The notes beneath the pieces are model-generated. The model searched no databases and was not told where the DNA came from. It saw only the letters and a list, made by a program, of their open reading frames with translations. 64,000 nt of DNA from Vicugna vicugna (Eukaryota), in NCBI GenBank assembly GCA_013265495.1, contig MU058252.1:1274244-1338243 (forward strand), given 5' to 3'. This document shows, one piece after another, positions 41,200 to 54,254 of this stretch; within the stretch, counting starts at the first letter, position 1; each line of letters opens with the position of its first letter. The position numbers and the translations under genes are program-made.

Positions 41200-42005
41200 A
41201 ACCCTAACTCCTTTCTCTCACATCTCACACTCGACTCCTCAACAAATCCTTTCAACTCTACCTTCAAAATATATGCAAAATCACTTCTCTGATCTTTTTT
41301 TTTTGGTGGTGGTGGTGGGAGAGGGGAGGAGGCAATTGGGTTTATGTACTTATTTTAATGGAGGTACTGAGCACACACTCTACCGCTGAGCCATGCCCTC
41401 CCCCTCACTTCTCTGACTTGTATCCTTTTACAAAATACCTTTCACCTGGATGCTTGCAATATTTTCATAACTAGCATGCCTGCTTCAGCCTTTATCCCCT
41501 TCATCCCAGACTCAACACAGCAGCCAGCATGAACCTTTTAGAGTTTTAGTCAGATAAGGTCAGTCCTCTGCTCAAAAGCCCCCAAAGGTATCTCTTCTCA
41601 CCCAGAATAAAAGCCAAAGGATCCCACGATGGTCTATGAGGCCCTACACACTCCGACCCGCTGCTGCTCCCTCCTCCCTGCTCAGCCCAGCCCTCCTTCC
41701 ACTTCTCCCAACATCCGAGGCGCCCAGCCCAGCCCAGCTCTGCCCCCTGCCATGTGCTCCTACAGCCGGTAAGACTCCCTCCTTAAAATAACCCCACCCA
41801 GCCTTGCCCAGCCTCTTCACTGCTTTATTTTTCTGACACATTTTACACCCTTTTGTCTCCTCACTTACCCCCACCAAAGGTAAGCTCCCTGAGGGCAATA
41901 AATGTGTTCTGTTTTCCACACAGATAATACATCACATGTTACTTTCCATTGAGGCCATTGCCCGGTACACTGTAAGTGCTCAAGAATTATTTAAGTGAAT
42001 TAATC
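41200..42005 (+). mobile_element. L2 3' portion
   Basis: ctctaccttcaaaatatat...ctcaacacagcagccag...taagctccctgagggca...gtgctcaagaattatttaagtgaat. Confidence 0.75.
41293..41404 (-). mobile_element. Vic-1-like SINE with an internal deletion
   Basis: Minus strand GGGGGAGGGCATGGCTCAGCGGTAGAGTGTGTGCT-CAGTACCTCC...A-tail. Perfect 12-bp TSD TCACTTCTCTGA at 41281-41292 and 41405-41416. Confidence 0.9.
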
Positions 42006-42620
42006 AAGCAACCATCAAGGACAAGCTGAAGATTAAAAAAAAAAAAAAGGCAGGAAAGGGGACAGCACATGGGTCCTTGACAATTTCACTGAGCTACTGA
42101 ATTACATCTGGACTCTGGTCACATGAGGTAAAATCTGGCTCATTTCACCCATTTTAAATTAAGGTTTTTATTATTTGAAGCCAAAAGGTACCTGTACAGA
42201 GCATAAGTAGGCAATTTGCAAAAAAAAAGAAGTGCTAATGGCAAATATACTCAATTTAACTCGGTCATAAGACATGCGAATTAAAATAACCATGAAATAA
42301 TATGTCACCCAGCAAAAACATAATAGAATAATACATGTATGTCCCAATTCAACATGACTCACTAAAACACTAACGGTATTTAGCATTTTTTAAATTTTAT
42401 AGAAAACCATAAAATTCATAAGAGTATGATATTCCATTGCCTCTATTTTTCCCCGTGCTCTGAATGTAGACAAGACAGTTCACTCTTGACCAGCACTGTA
42501 AAAACAGTAGTTAACCCTGACGGGGTACTACTCCACCCCACCTACATGCTATCCACTTTTACATGCATCACTCATTGCCCATTACAACCCTACAAAACAC
42601 GTACTACTGTTATCCCATTT

Positions 42621-42937
42621 TATTATTTTTTTTATTGAGGTATAGTCAGTTTACAATGTTGTCAATTTCTGGTGTACAGCACAATGCTTCAGTTATACAT
42701 GAATATGTATATTCATTTTCATTTTTTTTTACCATAAGCTACAAGATATTGAATATATTTCCCTGTGCTATACAGTATAAACTTGTTCATCTATTTTATA
42801 TATACCAGTCAGTATCTGCAAATCTCGAATTCCCAGTTTATCCCTTCCCACACCCCCTCCCCCTGGCAACCACAAGTCTGTAATCTACATCTGTGAGTCT
42901 GTTTCTGTTTTATATATAAGTTCATTTGTCTTTTTTT
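42621..42937 (-). mobile_element. Young L1 3' end inserted in a MIR
   Basis: ttttattgaggtatagtcagtttacaatgttgtcaatttctggtgtacagc...cctggcaaccacaagtctgt. Imperfect TSD tgttatcccattt (42608-42620) and tgttgtctcattt (42938-42950). Confidence 0.88.
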
Positions 42938-43254
42938 TGTTGTCTCATTTGAAAGTTGATGAAACGAAGGTACAAGAAAGATTAATGATCAGCCCCAAAT
43001 CAAGTAGGTACTAAGTTATAAGGCCAGAATTTGAACCTAGGCATTTTGACCACCAAAACCCAATAAGCAGAGTTTTCTCCCAAACTGAATGTGTTGTGCA
43101 ACACATTAATTCCACCCGTGCCTCCTTTCTGACATTTACTTTGTGTTTGGGTTTGGACCCATAATGACTCAAGAAAAGATATTCAAGTGACACTGCCAAA
43201 CTTACTAGAAAGAAACACTGACAGAAAAAGAAGATAAGAATGAAAAGACAAAGA

Positions 43255-43420
43255 TTGGTATAAGTCCTTTGTCTCAGTTTTCTCAACAGAAAAAAAAATG
43301 GGAATAATAACAGTATTTACTTTTAGATTGCTGGTGATGATTAAACAGATAATACAGCACATGTGAAGCACTTAGGATGGTGCCTGGCATACAATGAACA
43401 ATCAATAGCTTTTACTTTCA
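43255..43420 (+). mobile_element. MIR
   Basis: tgtctcagttttctca...aaaatgggaataataacagta...gtgaagcacttaggatggtgcctggcatac. Confidence 0.8.
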
Positions 43421-43959
43421 TCATCATTATCATAATTGAGATGAAGGGCTTCATAAATGTCATTGAAGTTAGAAGGACTGACCAACAGCTATACATCTGG
43501 TAGCTGAAAAGAACTACAGCCAGAGACACGTTACGACTTCAGTGATACCGAAAAGAAAGGACGAAAGATTTTCATTCTGGGAAGAGAGTGCTTAAGTGAC
43601 TTAGAAAACGTCTATTAGAACTACCATTCCCATTTTCAGAAATGTAAGCCCTGTCCCCATCCCCAGCATGTTGCTGGCGAGGATGCCAGGGGAAAAGACA
43701 TACTCTGCTTTGGGAGTCTAAGTCAATACCTCATTTTCAGAGGGCAACTGGTCAGTACCTATCAAACCTCGAAACACATGTACTCTTTGATAAAAGAACT
43801 CTTCATCTAGGAATTGACCTTCTCGGATATGTCAACAAGTAAAATATACAAGTACAAGGATGTTCACTGAAAGATATCAATAAAATTAGAACTCAACTAA
43901 GTGATCATCAATAAGGGAATAGTTAAATTAGGATACCTCCAATCCAGTTTAAAACCCAT

Positions 43960-44750
43960 TTATTTCTCCACTAGGTTCTCTAAGTTAAATGACACTACTG
44001 GCCACCCAAGCTTCTGAAGCCAAAAATCTAGGCAACAGCTCTACTTTTTCACATACACGTCTCATCAGACCTTCAGCAGATCTTACTTATCATGTGAGCT
44101 TTCAAAACATGTATGAAACCTAATCACCTTGCTCCTCCGTCACAAGCCTACTCTAAGCCAAGAATCTGCCAAGGTTGCTTCAACAGCTTTGTTGGTCCCC
44201 CGGTTTAAAATCCTCTAGTGGCTTCCACAGCCCTGAGAATAAAATTTCTGCTCCTCACAAGGGCACGCAGGGCACCATGTGATCAGGCCCCTGCTTACCT
44301 CTCAGACATATCTCCTAAGCTCTCCTCAGTGTCCAGTAACACCAGCCTTTTATTCTGAGAGGCAGGAGGGTCCCTTGAGTATGACACACTCATTCTCGTT
44401 TCACAATGAACCACGTTCTTCCTAAATTTTCTCATAAATGCTTCCTTGTCATTCAGGTCTATTTCAGTGCCATCACTTCAGCAAGACCTGCCTGACTACC
44501 TCACCACGTGCGTTAATGTCTCTCAGAACCATTAACAGATACTCTCAATACCATTACCAGAGCTTATTTTCTTTACGGTATTTGTCACTGTCTGAATTAA
44601 TTAGAAGGAATGCATTTATTTTGTTTCTCTCACCATTGAAATATCCGTCCAATGAAACAAAAGGCTTGGTCTCTCTTGTTCATCACTGAATCCCCAGAAT
44701 CTAGAACACTCCTTGGCATAAGCAGTCACTCATATCGGCTAGATGAATAT
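43960..44750 (+). mobile_element. L2 nested in an old L1 3' region (about 43660-45070)
   Basis: L2 end ggtctctcttgttcatcactgaatccccagaatctagaacactccttggcata, with L1ME-like sequence on both sides. Confidence 0.65.
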
Positions 44751-46044
44751 GATGCAGTTTTGAAAAAAAATGATATTGATGTGTATGTGCTAAAATGAAA
44801 AATGTCCAAGATAAACTGTTAGGTGTCAAAAAAAATCACAAAGCAATACATACAAATGATCCCATTGGTGTGAAAACGAATATAAACACATTACGTACAA
44901 ACAGAAAACACATATGCATAGCAAAAGTCAATAAGATGCAAGATAAAGAGTTCACAGTAACTCTCTCTGAAATAAGAGGCCGAAGAGTGGGGAAGAAGGC
45001 CTGACCCTTTAATTACGCTCTCCTGAGCTGTCTGGGTATTTTTACCAGTATGCACGACATTCACAACTTTTCTGTGACACGTCTCCTAATCCTCCACCTG
45101 CTGTAAAAGGCCCAGCACACACAGCGGGGACTCTCTTTTCTAAATGCCCAGAACACTTCACAACACATTCTGAAACACTGAATAAATAAACATTTGAATA
45201 TTTATTAGCTTTTCCTCCAGTGTAGCCTAAAAATTAGAGAATCTCTGGTTCAAATAGCAGACCAAAAGTACAAATTTTATCTCCCTCAATAAAAGATCAT
45301 TTAAATGGGAGTAAAAAAAAAAACTTTACAAAACAGAACTATCATTTTTAAAATGATATAAAATGGAGAGATCTTTTCTAAAGAAAAGAAATCCCAGGCT
45401 GGGGAAAGGAACTGGTGAAACTAGCATGGGGGTTGGTGCTGTGGAGTAAAACAGTGGAGTCCAAACATCAGAACACAAGGAATAATTATCAGCTTCACCC
45501 TAATCATTAATTTCCACCACGAATTCACTGTGAGCCCTTCTACTAGTTCTTAAACATGAGTGATAATCAAAGATCAGCAAATGTTTCATTAAAAAGCCTA
45601 CAACATAAATGAGACCAAGATAAACAACAATTACCCTGGAGCAAACAGATAAGGGGAGGTAAGGACTTCAAAGAAAACTGTTAACATTTCCAAAGAGATT
45701 CAAGAAGATTATGAATCTATAAAATGGAAAATGGATGGCAGCGGGGTGGGGGCAATTCTTGTAAATTTAAATATGACTGCTAAAGTAAAAGTAAAGAGTC
45801 TGAGAATTAAAATACAGGAAATGCCCAGAAGAATAGAACAAAAAGAGCAAGGGGAAGAGGGGAAAGAAAAATTAATTCAGGAAGTCCAAAACCAACTAAA
45901 ACAAGTTATACAGAGAATGAAGAGATAATTAAAGCAACAATAAGACAATTTCCAAGAACTGAAAAACATGAGCCTTTAGTTTAGTAATAATGAAAAAGAA
46001 TCACCTCTAAACATTCTGAGAAATTTCAATTTTAAAAGGACAAA

Positions 46045-46184
46045 GGGGGAGGGTGGTATAGCTCAACGGTAGATTGTGTGCTTAGCATGCATAAGGCCCT
46101 GTTCAATCCCCAGCACCTACGTTAAATAAACAAACAAAAAGACAAACCTAATTACCTCCCCCGCAAAACAAAAAACAAAAAACA
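46045..46184 (+). mobile_element. Vic-1-like SINE, full length
   Basis: tRNA-like head (tagctcaacggtag...gttcaatcccc), then aaacctaattacctcccc and an A-rich tail. TSD AAAAGGACA at 46034-46042 and 46185-46193. Confidence 0.92.
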
Positions 46185-46556
46185 AAAAGGACAGAAAGAA
46201 AGATCTGAAGACCTTCCATGGAGGAAAACACATCAGACACAAAGGAACAAGAACCACACTACTTCAGACTTCTCCTCAACAACAATGGATACTGGAAGAC
46301 ACTGGAGCAATGCCTTCAAAGTTCTGAGGGAAAATAATCTGCAACTTAGTTTGACTTGAATAAAATACCAGTCATCTATGAGGGCTAATGAAGACTTCTT
46401 CAGATATGCCAGAAATCAAAAATTTATCTTGCACATATTCTTTTCTAGAAATTTATGTGAGGGATGTACTGCATTGAAACAAGGAAGTAACTAAAGAATA
46501 AAGACCCAGTGAGAATAAAATCAAAGTGCAAAAGCAGTGAAGCAAAGTCAAGCACT

Positions 46557-46685
46557 GGGGGAGGATATAGCTCAAGTGCTACAGCACATGCTTAGCATGC
46601 ACACGGCCCTGAGCTGAATCCTCAGTACCTCTTCTAAAAATAAATAAATAGATAAACCTAATTACACAATGCCCTCAAAAAAAAA
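46557..46685 (+). mobile_element. Vic-1-like SINE, full length
   Basis: gggggaggatatagctcaagtgctacagcacatgcttagcatgcac... plus poly-A. Perfect 13-bp TSD AAAGTCAAGCACT at 46544-46556 and 46686-46698. Confidence 0.93.
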
Positions 46686-48967
46686 AAAGTCAAGCACTAA
46701 GAACAACATGTGAGAACAGGTCCAGATAACATCTAGTCAGAACTAAGGAAAAGAGCTAGGAGAAACCTTTCCTCACGGAAAAAAGTACTTGCATACATAA
46801 AATAACAGTAATAAAAACAAACTGCATGGAAAGCTGATAACATGGAAGAAATGGTGACAGTAAGGCAAGAAAAAAGGCAATTACAGACTCAAAAACCAAG
46901 AAACAATATATGAAGTGTAATCATATTTTCCTTGTCTCTGCTGTGAACAATATTTATATCACCATAATAATGAAGTTATTCATTGATTTCCAACTATTAA
47001 AACCAAATCACAGGCAAAGTATAAAGGGGTACAATACAGTGTACAAATGGTCACAACCTTGACGATACCAAGTAGAAATGAGACATAAGGGTATAAAGGA
47101 AAGGCGAAAAGTACAAGTATACTAACAGCTTCAATTCTACCACTGGGAAATCAAGACAGACAATCTATATTAACATGAAGAAAGTCTATTATAGCACATA
47201 AACTACAAAGAGAACAGGGAAATTAAAAGTGATACATCTATTGGGTAAGTAGGGAAAAGGAAACAAATCCTCATCTATCAGAGTAGAAATCAATCTGAAA
47301 TTGATAAGTCATAAAGTAAGCTTATTGTTTAGTCATAACAAAACCGCATACAGAAATAAAAAGTTCCCTTTAGAGAGCAGCACTAAAGCCTGAAGAAGAG
47401 TTACTGACCTTATCAGCATCTGGCCTGACTTCTTTCAACTATTTACTTTGTAAAATTTTTCCATGGATTGAAGAACACATCAAGAAATACTGATCTTTTC
47501 ATGAAAACACAATGCATAACACCTCCTGCCTAATTTTTTCCTCATAATAGATAAAACTTCTCTTAATATTCCTAAGTGCCAGGTTAAATAATATTTGAAG
47601 GTTTATCACCATCTTTAGAGGTATTTATAGACAATCAAACAATTCAAGTTACAGGATGCATATATTAGCATCATCAAAATTATTGGACCATCACTCCTTA
47701 TCAAAGTAAAATGTGACTACAAATTTAACTTGCAGTGCTTCAACCAAGCCAAAACAGCCACATTTACCCATGGTTTCTCAATTTTAATAATTACTTTACC
47801 TTAAATAGGAAAATGTATCTTTAACACCTTTTTTCCAGATTGCTTTAGGTTTTATTGGTGTTAGTATATACAAGAGCATTTTGAATTCAACAGACCTAAA
47901 TTTACTTCAGTTTTCACTTTATCTTTTCCTTTATACTCTTTACAAGAAACCTTTAGGTAATATAAAGTTTTTTCATTATTTATTTTTCAATCTGTCAGAC
48001 CTGAAAAGGGAAAGGCATTTCTTAAAGTCTATATTATATATAACACAAGGTGAAGAAAAGAACAAGTTATCATTTATTACTATTTAAAACACACAATTTA
48101 GTTGACACAAATTATGTTTATGCAAAACTATATAGAGTAACAGGCTGGAAGCAAGACCGAAATATAGAGGTAAGACCAAATTCTATGAGAAACTGCTCCC
48201 TTCTAACCCACAATGGAAGACTCAAGTGAGATATCAAAAATGGCGATAGGAAAATCTTAAATAAGCCATTGATTTTCCAAGATTAAAAAGGTGGTTTTTT
48301 TCTGGGTCTTTTTGTTTTGTTTTGTTTTGTTTTCTTACTGTTGTTAGAGGTGGTAGCTTCCTTTTTGCAAAGAAAAGACAGCTGAAGGGGAGGCTGCAGC
48401 ATTATGGTTCATGGTGTTTAACAATATTCTACTCAAGAAACAGAAGTTTTTAAAAAAAAATCTAAAAACAAACTGGGATTAACTTCTTCAAAGTAAAACA
48501 AATTACATCATGAGGAAGCTTCCATATGACGGCAACACTTAGCTTTAACATTACAGAGTCATCACTACCAGTTAAACAGCACAAATGAACATGACAGTGG
48601 GAACAGTTCACGTTCCACTTCACCATTAAGAGCCAACTGCCTAAGATGAAACAAGATGAGTGCATCATACGTCATACTTCAGTTAAGTCACAGACACTTT
48701 TCCATTATCTATGAAATACAACAAAAAGCTAGGAAATATTAAAAAATAATTACCAAGCTCTCAAATCAAAATATAGGAAGCTACTGCATAATCTGACACT
48801 TCAGAGAAATTACATCATTGTTGTGAAAATCAAGCAAAGAAAAAAAAATGGTTCAGTGTTCTTTACTAAGGCATTAGGTAGTTTAGAAAGAACACAGCTA
48901 TATCACATTAGTCTTATATTTACTTTACATTTTGCATGTAAGCCTAAACGTTAAAAACATGTGCATA

Positions 48968-49095
48968 CAGGGACCCTTATTCAGTATCTTATAATAACCT
49001 ATAATGAAAAAATGTTTAAAAGAATATATATGTATAACTGAATCACTATGCTATACACTAGAAACACATTATAAATCAACTCTACTTCAACTTTT
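48968..49095 (+). mobile_element. Very short L1 3' end
   Basis: cagggacccttattcagtatcttataataacctataatg...aaatcaactctacttcaa. TSD AAAAA(C)ATGTGCATA on both sides (core at 48959-48967 and 49101-49109). Confidence 0.88.
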
Positions 49096-50469
49096 AAAAA
49101 ATGTGCATAACTATACAACTAGAACAATAATTTTATAGTAAATGACATTTTACACTGGAAGCAGCAACTGTTAATTCTGAAATATATACTATCAAATAGT
49201 TATAATTCAAACTTATCTTGTTAAAATACACTGTTTCCAAATCAATGGTCCTTACAGAAAATAAAACATATATTTCAGTATCATTTAATTTACTTTCAGA
49301 AAAGTGACTGGCAGGATTTTATGCCTTGGGTTTAAAAAAAAAACTTTCTACTTATAAATTAGGTACTGCTGTAGCTTTAATATATAGTAATAATTATTCT
49401 AGAAGAGATAGTTTATCATACTTAACATATACTACAAGATTTTATAAGGCAAAAAGATATAGCTAATGCCACTTGAGGCTAAACATATTAAATATTACAT
49501 ATAATATATAAAATTTAAGTATTAACTATCTTAGAATAAATAGCAGGCTAAATGAGTGCCATTGTAACATAATAAAGTTAATCCTATACTATCATATTTT
49601 TACCTAACAAAAAGAGAACATGTATTTAATTCATCAATCTGTTTCTCTCTCAGCTTGAAATAAGTTCTGTAAAACACACTAACTACAAAATAGTTTTGGG
49701 TGTGGTTTTTGATCTAATTAAATTCTAGCAGATTACCAGAAGAGTTATGTTAAAACGCTGGTTAAGGGATCAAAGATTTTACTTCTCATTTTTCTCTTTT
49801 CTAATTGTAACTGGGAGTTAAACACACATGAAGAGCCATGTTGAAAATCCTCAACTCTGCCATGTAATGTTTTAGTCAAAGTGTTTTTTCAGAGGTTTCA
49901 AATTATATAAATATTTCCAAATATGTCAAACTCATATTACCATTTAAATATTTTACAGAAGTATATCTACTCTTAGTACACACACAATTTATACAGAATT
50001 GGAATCAAAGTGCTTCTGCATTATTCTAGAATAGCTAATAAAACCACTTAAGAAACTAAGTAAAAAACTGAAAACCAAAGAGCGGGATTAAAGATACTAT
50101 TTTATTCTCATTACTCGTCTATCAATCAAATCCCAAATCCGGAATATAAAACTTACTAGTTATTTGTTCTTTCCTTATTTACAACCCAGATTTGATTCCA
50201 CGATAAAAACACAGATCTCAATATCTAATGCCATTATATTTAATACTTCAATACGGTTAAATACATAATAGAGAAATGCAATACTTTTGTTAGTTTTTTC
50301 TTTGTTTATTTTTAACAGTAACAATCCAAGCGAAATCACCCTCTGGAAACAGATGCAAAAATACGATCCTCTGAAAAGAAACCAAACTTTCTACTCTTAG
50401 GCATTTGAGGTTCTGGTTCTTTTTATTCTCATTTTATATTTTTGTACCTAAACTGTCTTATAAAAACTG

Positions 50470-50880
50470 CTATCACGGCTCGGATCAACCATATTACCCG
50501 GCCAGATTCAATGCCACTGAGCAAGAATGCTTTCAGCTTCACCACCAACCCGGCGGCTCTATTCAATAGGGCAGGCTCGGTGGCTCCCAACCCAGACCGC
50601 CAACCTGGTCCCGCGGCAGCACCCACCCAGACACAAGGAGAAAACAAACGAGCACTAAGGTTCTTTCTTGCAAGAGCTTCTCTGTGGCTCTGGGAATCTC
50701 CCGCCACACACACCCACCACCAAACACACACACAAGACACACACTCGCCGGACGGAGCCTACAAGAAAGAGAGCGGGGAAGGTAGGTGGAGGAAAAAGCA
50801 CGACGAGAGAAAGTAGATCCGTGTGTAGCGGGCGCCTCAAAAAGGTGGAATGGATTTCTCCAAAGTCCAGATCGGGAACC
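50470..50880. promoter_or_regulatory. Small CpG-rich cluster, candidate intronic enhancer or promoter
   Basis: About 21 CpGs counted by eye in about 410 bp, inside an AT-rich, CpG-depleted, repeat-poor block. Function is inferred. Confidence 0.5.
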
Positions 50881-53089
50881 TTGCTGCAGACAGCCAACAG
50901 AGGAAGCCCCTAAGGTTAACTCTTTGCTAACCGTTTACAGGAACTTTCCCTTCTACCGTTTAAATTTCAAACAAACCAGCAAGTCCATTTTATTATGTTA
51001 TATTGTTTAACGAAATTTTGTTTAGAGCTAAGAATATGATAGAAAGGGAAACATTTTGCATCACAACGTTAAAACCTTACGTTAATTCTATGGGTAAATC
51101 TCCAAATCCTTTTTATTGTATTATTTCTGGATTAGAGAAGTCAAAACTGAAATATTAACCGCCTAAAATGGTCAATGTCTACCAAAAATGTCCTGCTTGT
51201 GTCTTACTCTCCTAAACGAGCCCCCCCTTTTTTTCCATTTAACATAGGGATTTTCATGAAACATGTCTACTTAAGATGTTGCAACCATTTTTGCCAAATG
51301 TTCTTACTCCTTTTATTTATAGATGTTTATCATGTTTTTTTTTAAATATAAGTTTTTTTAAACCACCTTTTCCAAACCTCAAAACAAGCATCTGTAATTA
51401 TGGACAATTACTCTCCTGCTCAATAAACAAACAATTCTACTTTCCTCCTCAAACTTTCTAACCCTCCATGAAGTTGGCCAAGTGTTTTCCACTCCCAACA
51501 CTGAACAAATAAAAAGAAACATTATGTAACTTCAGTCTACTTCTGTCATTTTAATAAACTAATAAACTAGCTTAAATTATGATTTAACAGTGGCCGTGGT
51601 TACTGAAGAATCCCTATTTTTAAATAAATATTTTAAACACTGTCAATATGGGGGAGAAGAGCAGGAAATGGGAATCAAGTTCTTGACTTTGTTTCCATAA
51701 AGGCCAGGTCAAGAAATTTCTTTTTTCAGATCTGGTATCCTGTAATATCTTACCAACCCAGAACACTGATTATAGACCACCATGTTCCATGCAATATTCT
51801 CCAAATCTACAATGTTATAGAAATCCCACTAAAATTCAGAATAATAAAATTAAAGGAGTTAAGATTTAAGGTATAACCAAAAAAGTAGCCCTTCTATAAA
51901 CATGCTGATTGCATGACTGATGCTTTCATGCAGACCGACTAGGGATAAACCCAGGTTTTTGGCCAGAAGAAGACAATTAAAAAACAGAAGTCTATTCTGT
52001 CATTGTAACAAAGTTAGACAATGTCATTCCAAAGAATCGTCTATAATCAACTTTGAAATTATTTTAAATGGTTTCAGAAGACACATGAAAAAGTTTCTAT
52101 TTTTATTTCCACTGTTACATAGTTTCAAATATGAATAAAATTCTACACTAGTTTCATCTCAAGATTTTTATTCTAATTAAATTTACAAAAGTCTTCAGAA
52201 AATAGATATGAAGCACAAAGACTGGTCAATGGTGAAAACTACTTAATAAGATTTAGTAAAAGTACTCTATTCAGAAAAAGCATTTCTATTATCATCATTT
52301 AATAGATTCCTTCACTTAATTATTTTTAGTTTTGGGCCCTTCGACCAAAGCACAGACTCTAAGGCTTATTCTGTGTAACACAATCTTGTCAGTAGCAGTA
52401 AGATAATCAAGTACTATTGGCTTTAATTAACTTATCGCTTCTCCTCACCTACTCTATGGCTCCCCGCACTTCCCCCTACTACTTCCCCTAAAATCCTATG
52501 TATCACCTACAAAACAAGCCACAGGCACAGTGCAGTGAAGCACCTTGTGGACGCACGTGGCTGCTCTTCAGCAGCTGCCAATACAAATACTAAGAGAGAA
52601 AAAACAGTAAGAGTTAAAGAAAAAATAGATGTGTGGCAGTAAATAAACAGAACCACTTTGCATTTATGTGACATGTTTAACCATTTTTCATTAAGACTAT
52701 GAAATAAATTAACTTCTGAATATCTTAACTGATAAAAGAGAAATTCATTATTAATCCTAGGTTATTAAAAGAAACAAAACAAACAAAACCCGGAACAACA
52801 CTATGATTAAAACTTAAAGAAGTTTCTCCTCCCAGTACTGTGCTCTACTAATGAGATAGAGAACAGAGTTGAACAAAAAAAGGACAATAAATCAAATGTT
52901 TTAACTTTCCAGAAAGTCAAAAATCTTAAGATGTTATCTTAATCTAAAATATTTTTCTTAATTCTCTCTTTCTACAAAGAATTGAAAACCTTAATGCATA
53001 AAACAAATAAGGGAACCTAAGTATACAAAAAATTTTCTATATGGTCCAAGGAGGCAAAATACTTAGAACAAATGTCTTAAGATACATAG

Positions 53090-54110
53090 AGCTTAAATTA
53101 GTAATAGGAAAAACATTAAAAACACCCTCCAATAAACTATGGACAAAACATGACTGAACAACACACAAGAAATACAGGTAATAAAATTCAGGTATGTTCA
53201 AAAGCCCTACTAATCAAGGAGGCAAACATTTTTAACTTAAGTACTATTTTTCAATTATTAAATTAAGAAGTAAGATAAAGGTTTTAATACACCACGCATG
53301 ACAAAGTTCAGTGAAACTGGCCCTAACACACACTGCTGTTGACATTATAGCTCAATGCATCCCTTCTTGGGAGCATTCTAAAATTTTAATAAAAATAAGA
53401 ATCCATATTTAGTAGGAACTTACTGAGACACCATTCTAAAGGCTTTCTGAACATGTACCCTCTTTAACCCTCTCAAAAATCCTGTAACAGCAATTTTATC
53501 ATTATCCCCATTTTAGTAAACAACACAGAGAGCTTAACCAGCTTACAAAGCCCAACAACTAGAAAGTGAGAGAGCCAGAATTTGAGACACAGCAACTGGA
53601 CAGTAGCACCCACACAGCTCTAAATAGGTATCAAGAATCATAAAATACTTTTTTCTTTTAAATTAGTGATCCTGGTTATGCAAATCTGTCCTATAAAAAA
53701 TAATTAGAATATGAAACGGATCTTCTCTACAAAAATGTCTGCCAGAGCATGTAAATGGAATAATAATAATAATAATAATAGAAGTAGAGGAATAGGGATG
53801 ATAGGGGACGTTTATGCGGGTCTACTCAATGGAAAATTAAGCACCTTACAAAAACGTTATGAGGACTAACAACATGGAAATTTACTTTTACATGTTAAGG
53901 GAGAAGTAGGCTACAAAATTCTATATATACTATCATCACTAAAATGAAAACAAAATATGTGTATGAAAAAAGTCAGAAAGAAGACAGATCAAAATTACAG
54001 TGTCTATGTTAGAGTGATATGAAAAAAGATGAAGTTTTATTTTTCTCTATATTCCACATTTAATGTAATTACAATTACAAATAAAATTTAAGTGATTGAA
54101 ATAAGATACC
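53090..54110 (+). mobile_element. Old L1 (L1ME-like) 3' fragments with a nested MIR (about 53410-53620)
   Basis: ctactaatcaaggaggcaaac...gtgaaactggccctaacacacactgctg. MIR core attatccccattttag. Confidence 0.55.
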
Positions 54111-54254
54111 TACAATCAGAAACCCACAGATTATATGATGACAGAAGAAGAAATTCAGGCTCAATCTAAAAAAGACACAAATGTTTTGACATGTTTAGTA
54201 AGTAGAACGATAATCTGGGATAATTAATTAATTGATTAAAAATTATTTTTTTAG

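Larger units (their letters stand above)
45240..47460 (+). mobile_element. Old L1/HAL1-like ORF1 remnant hosting two SINEs
   Basis: ORF1-like cttcagacttctcctcaacaacaatggatactggaagacactggagcaatgccttcaaagttctgagggaaaat near 46260-46340. Confidence 0.65.

Noticed and set aside
46045..46685. tRNA genes
   Set aside because: The tRNA-like heads have AT-rich tails, poly-A and TSDs and degenerate stems, so they are SINEs. The same applies to 13021, 19850 and 41293.
50429..51010. Cluster of overlapping 74-124 aa ORFs on both strands
   Set aside because: Explained by locally high GC and (CA)-rich sequence lowering stop frequency. No protein similarity recognised.
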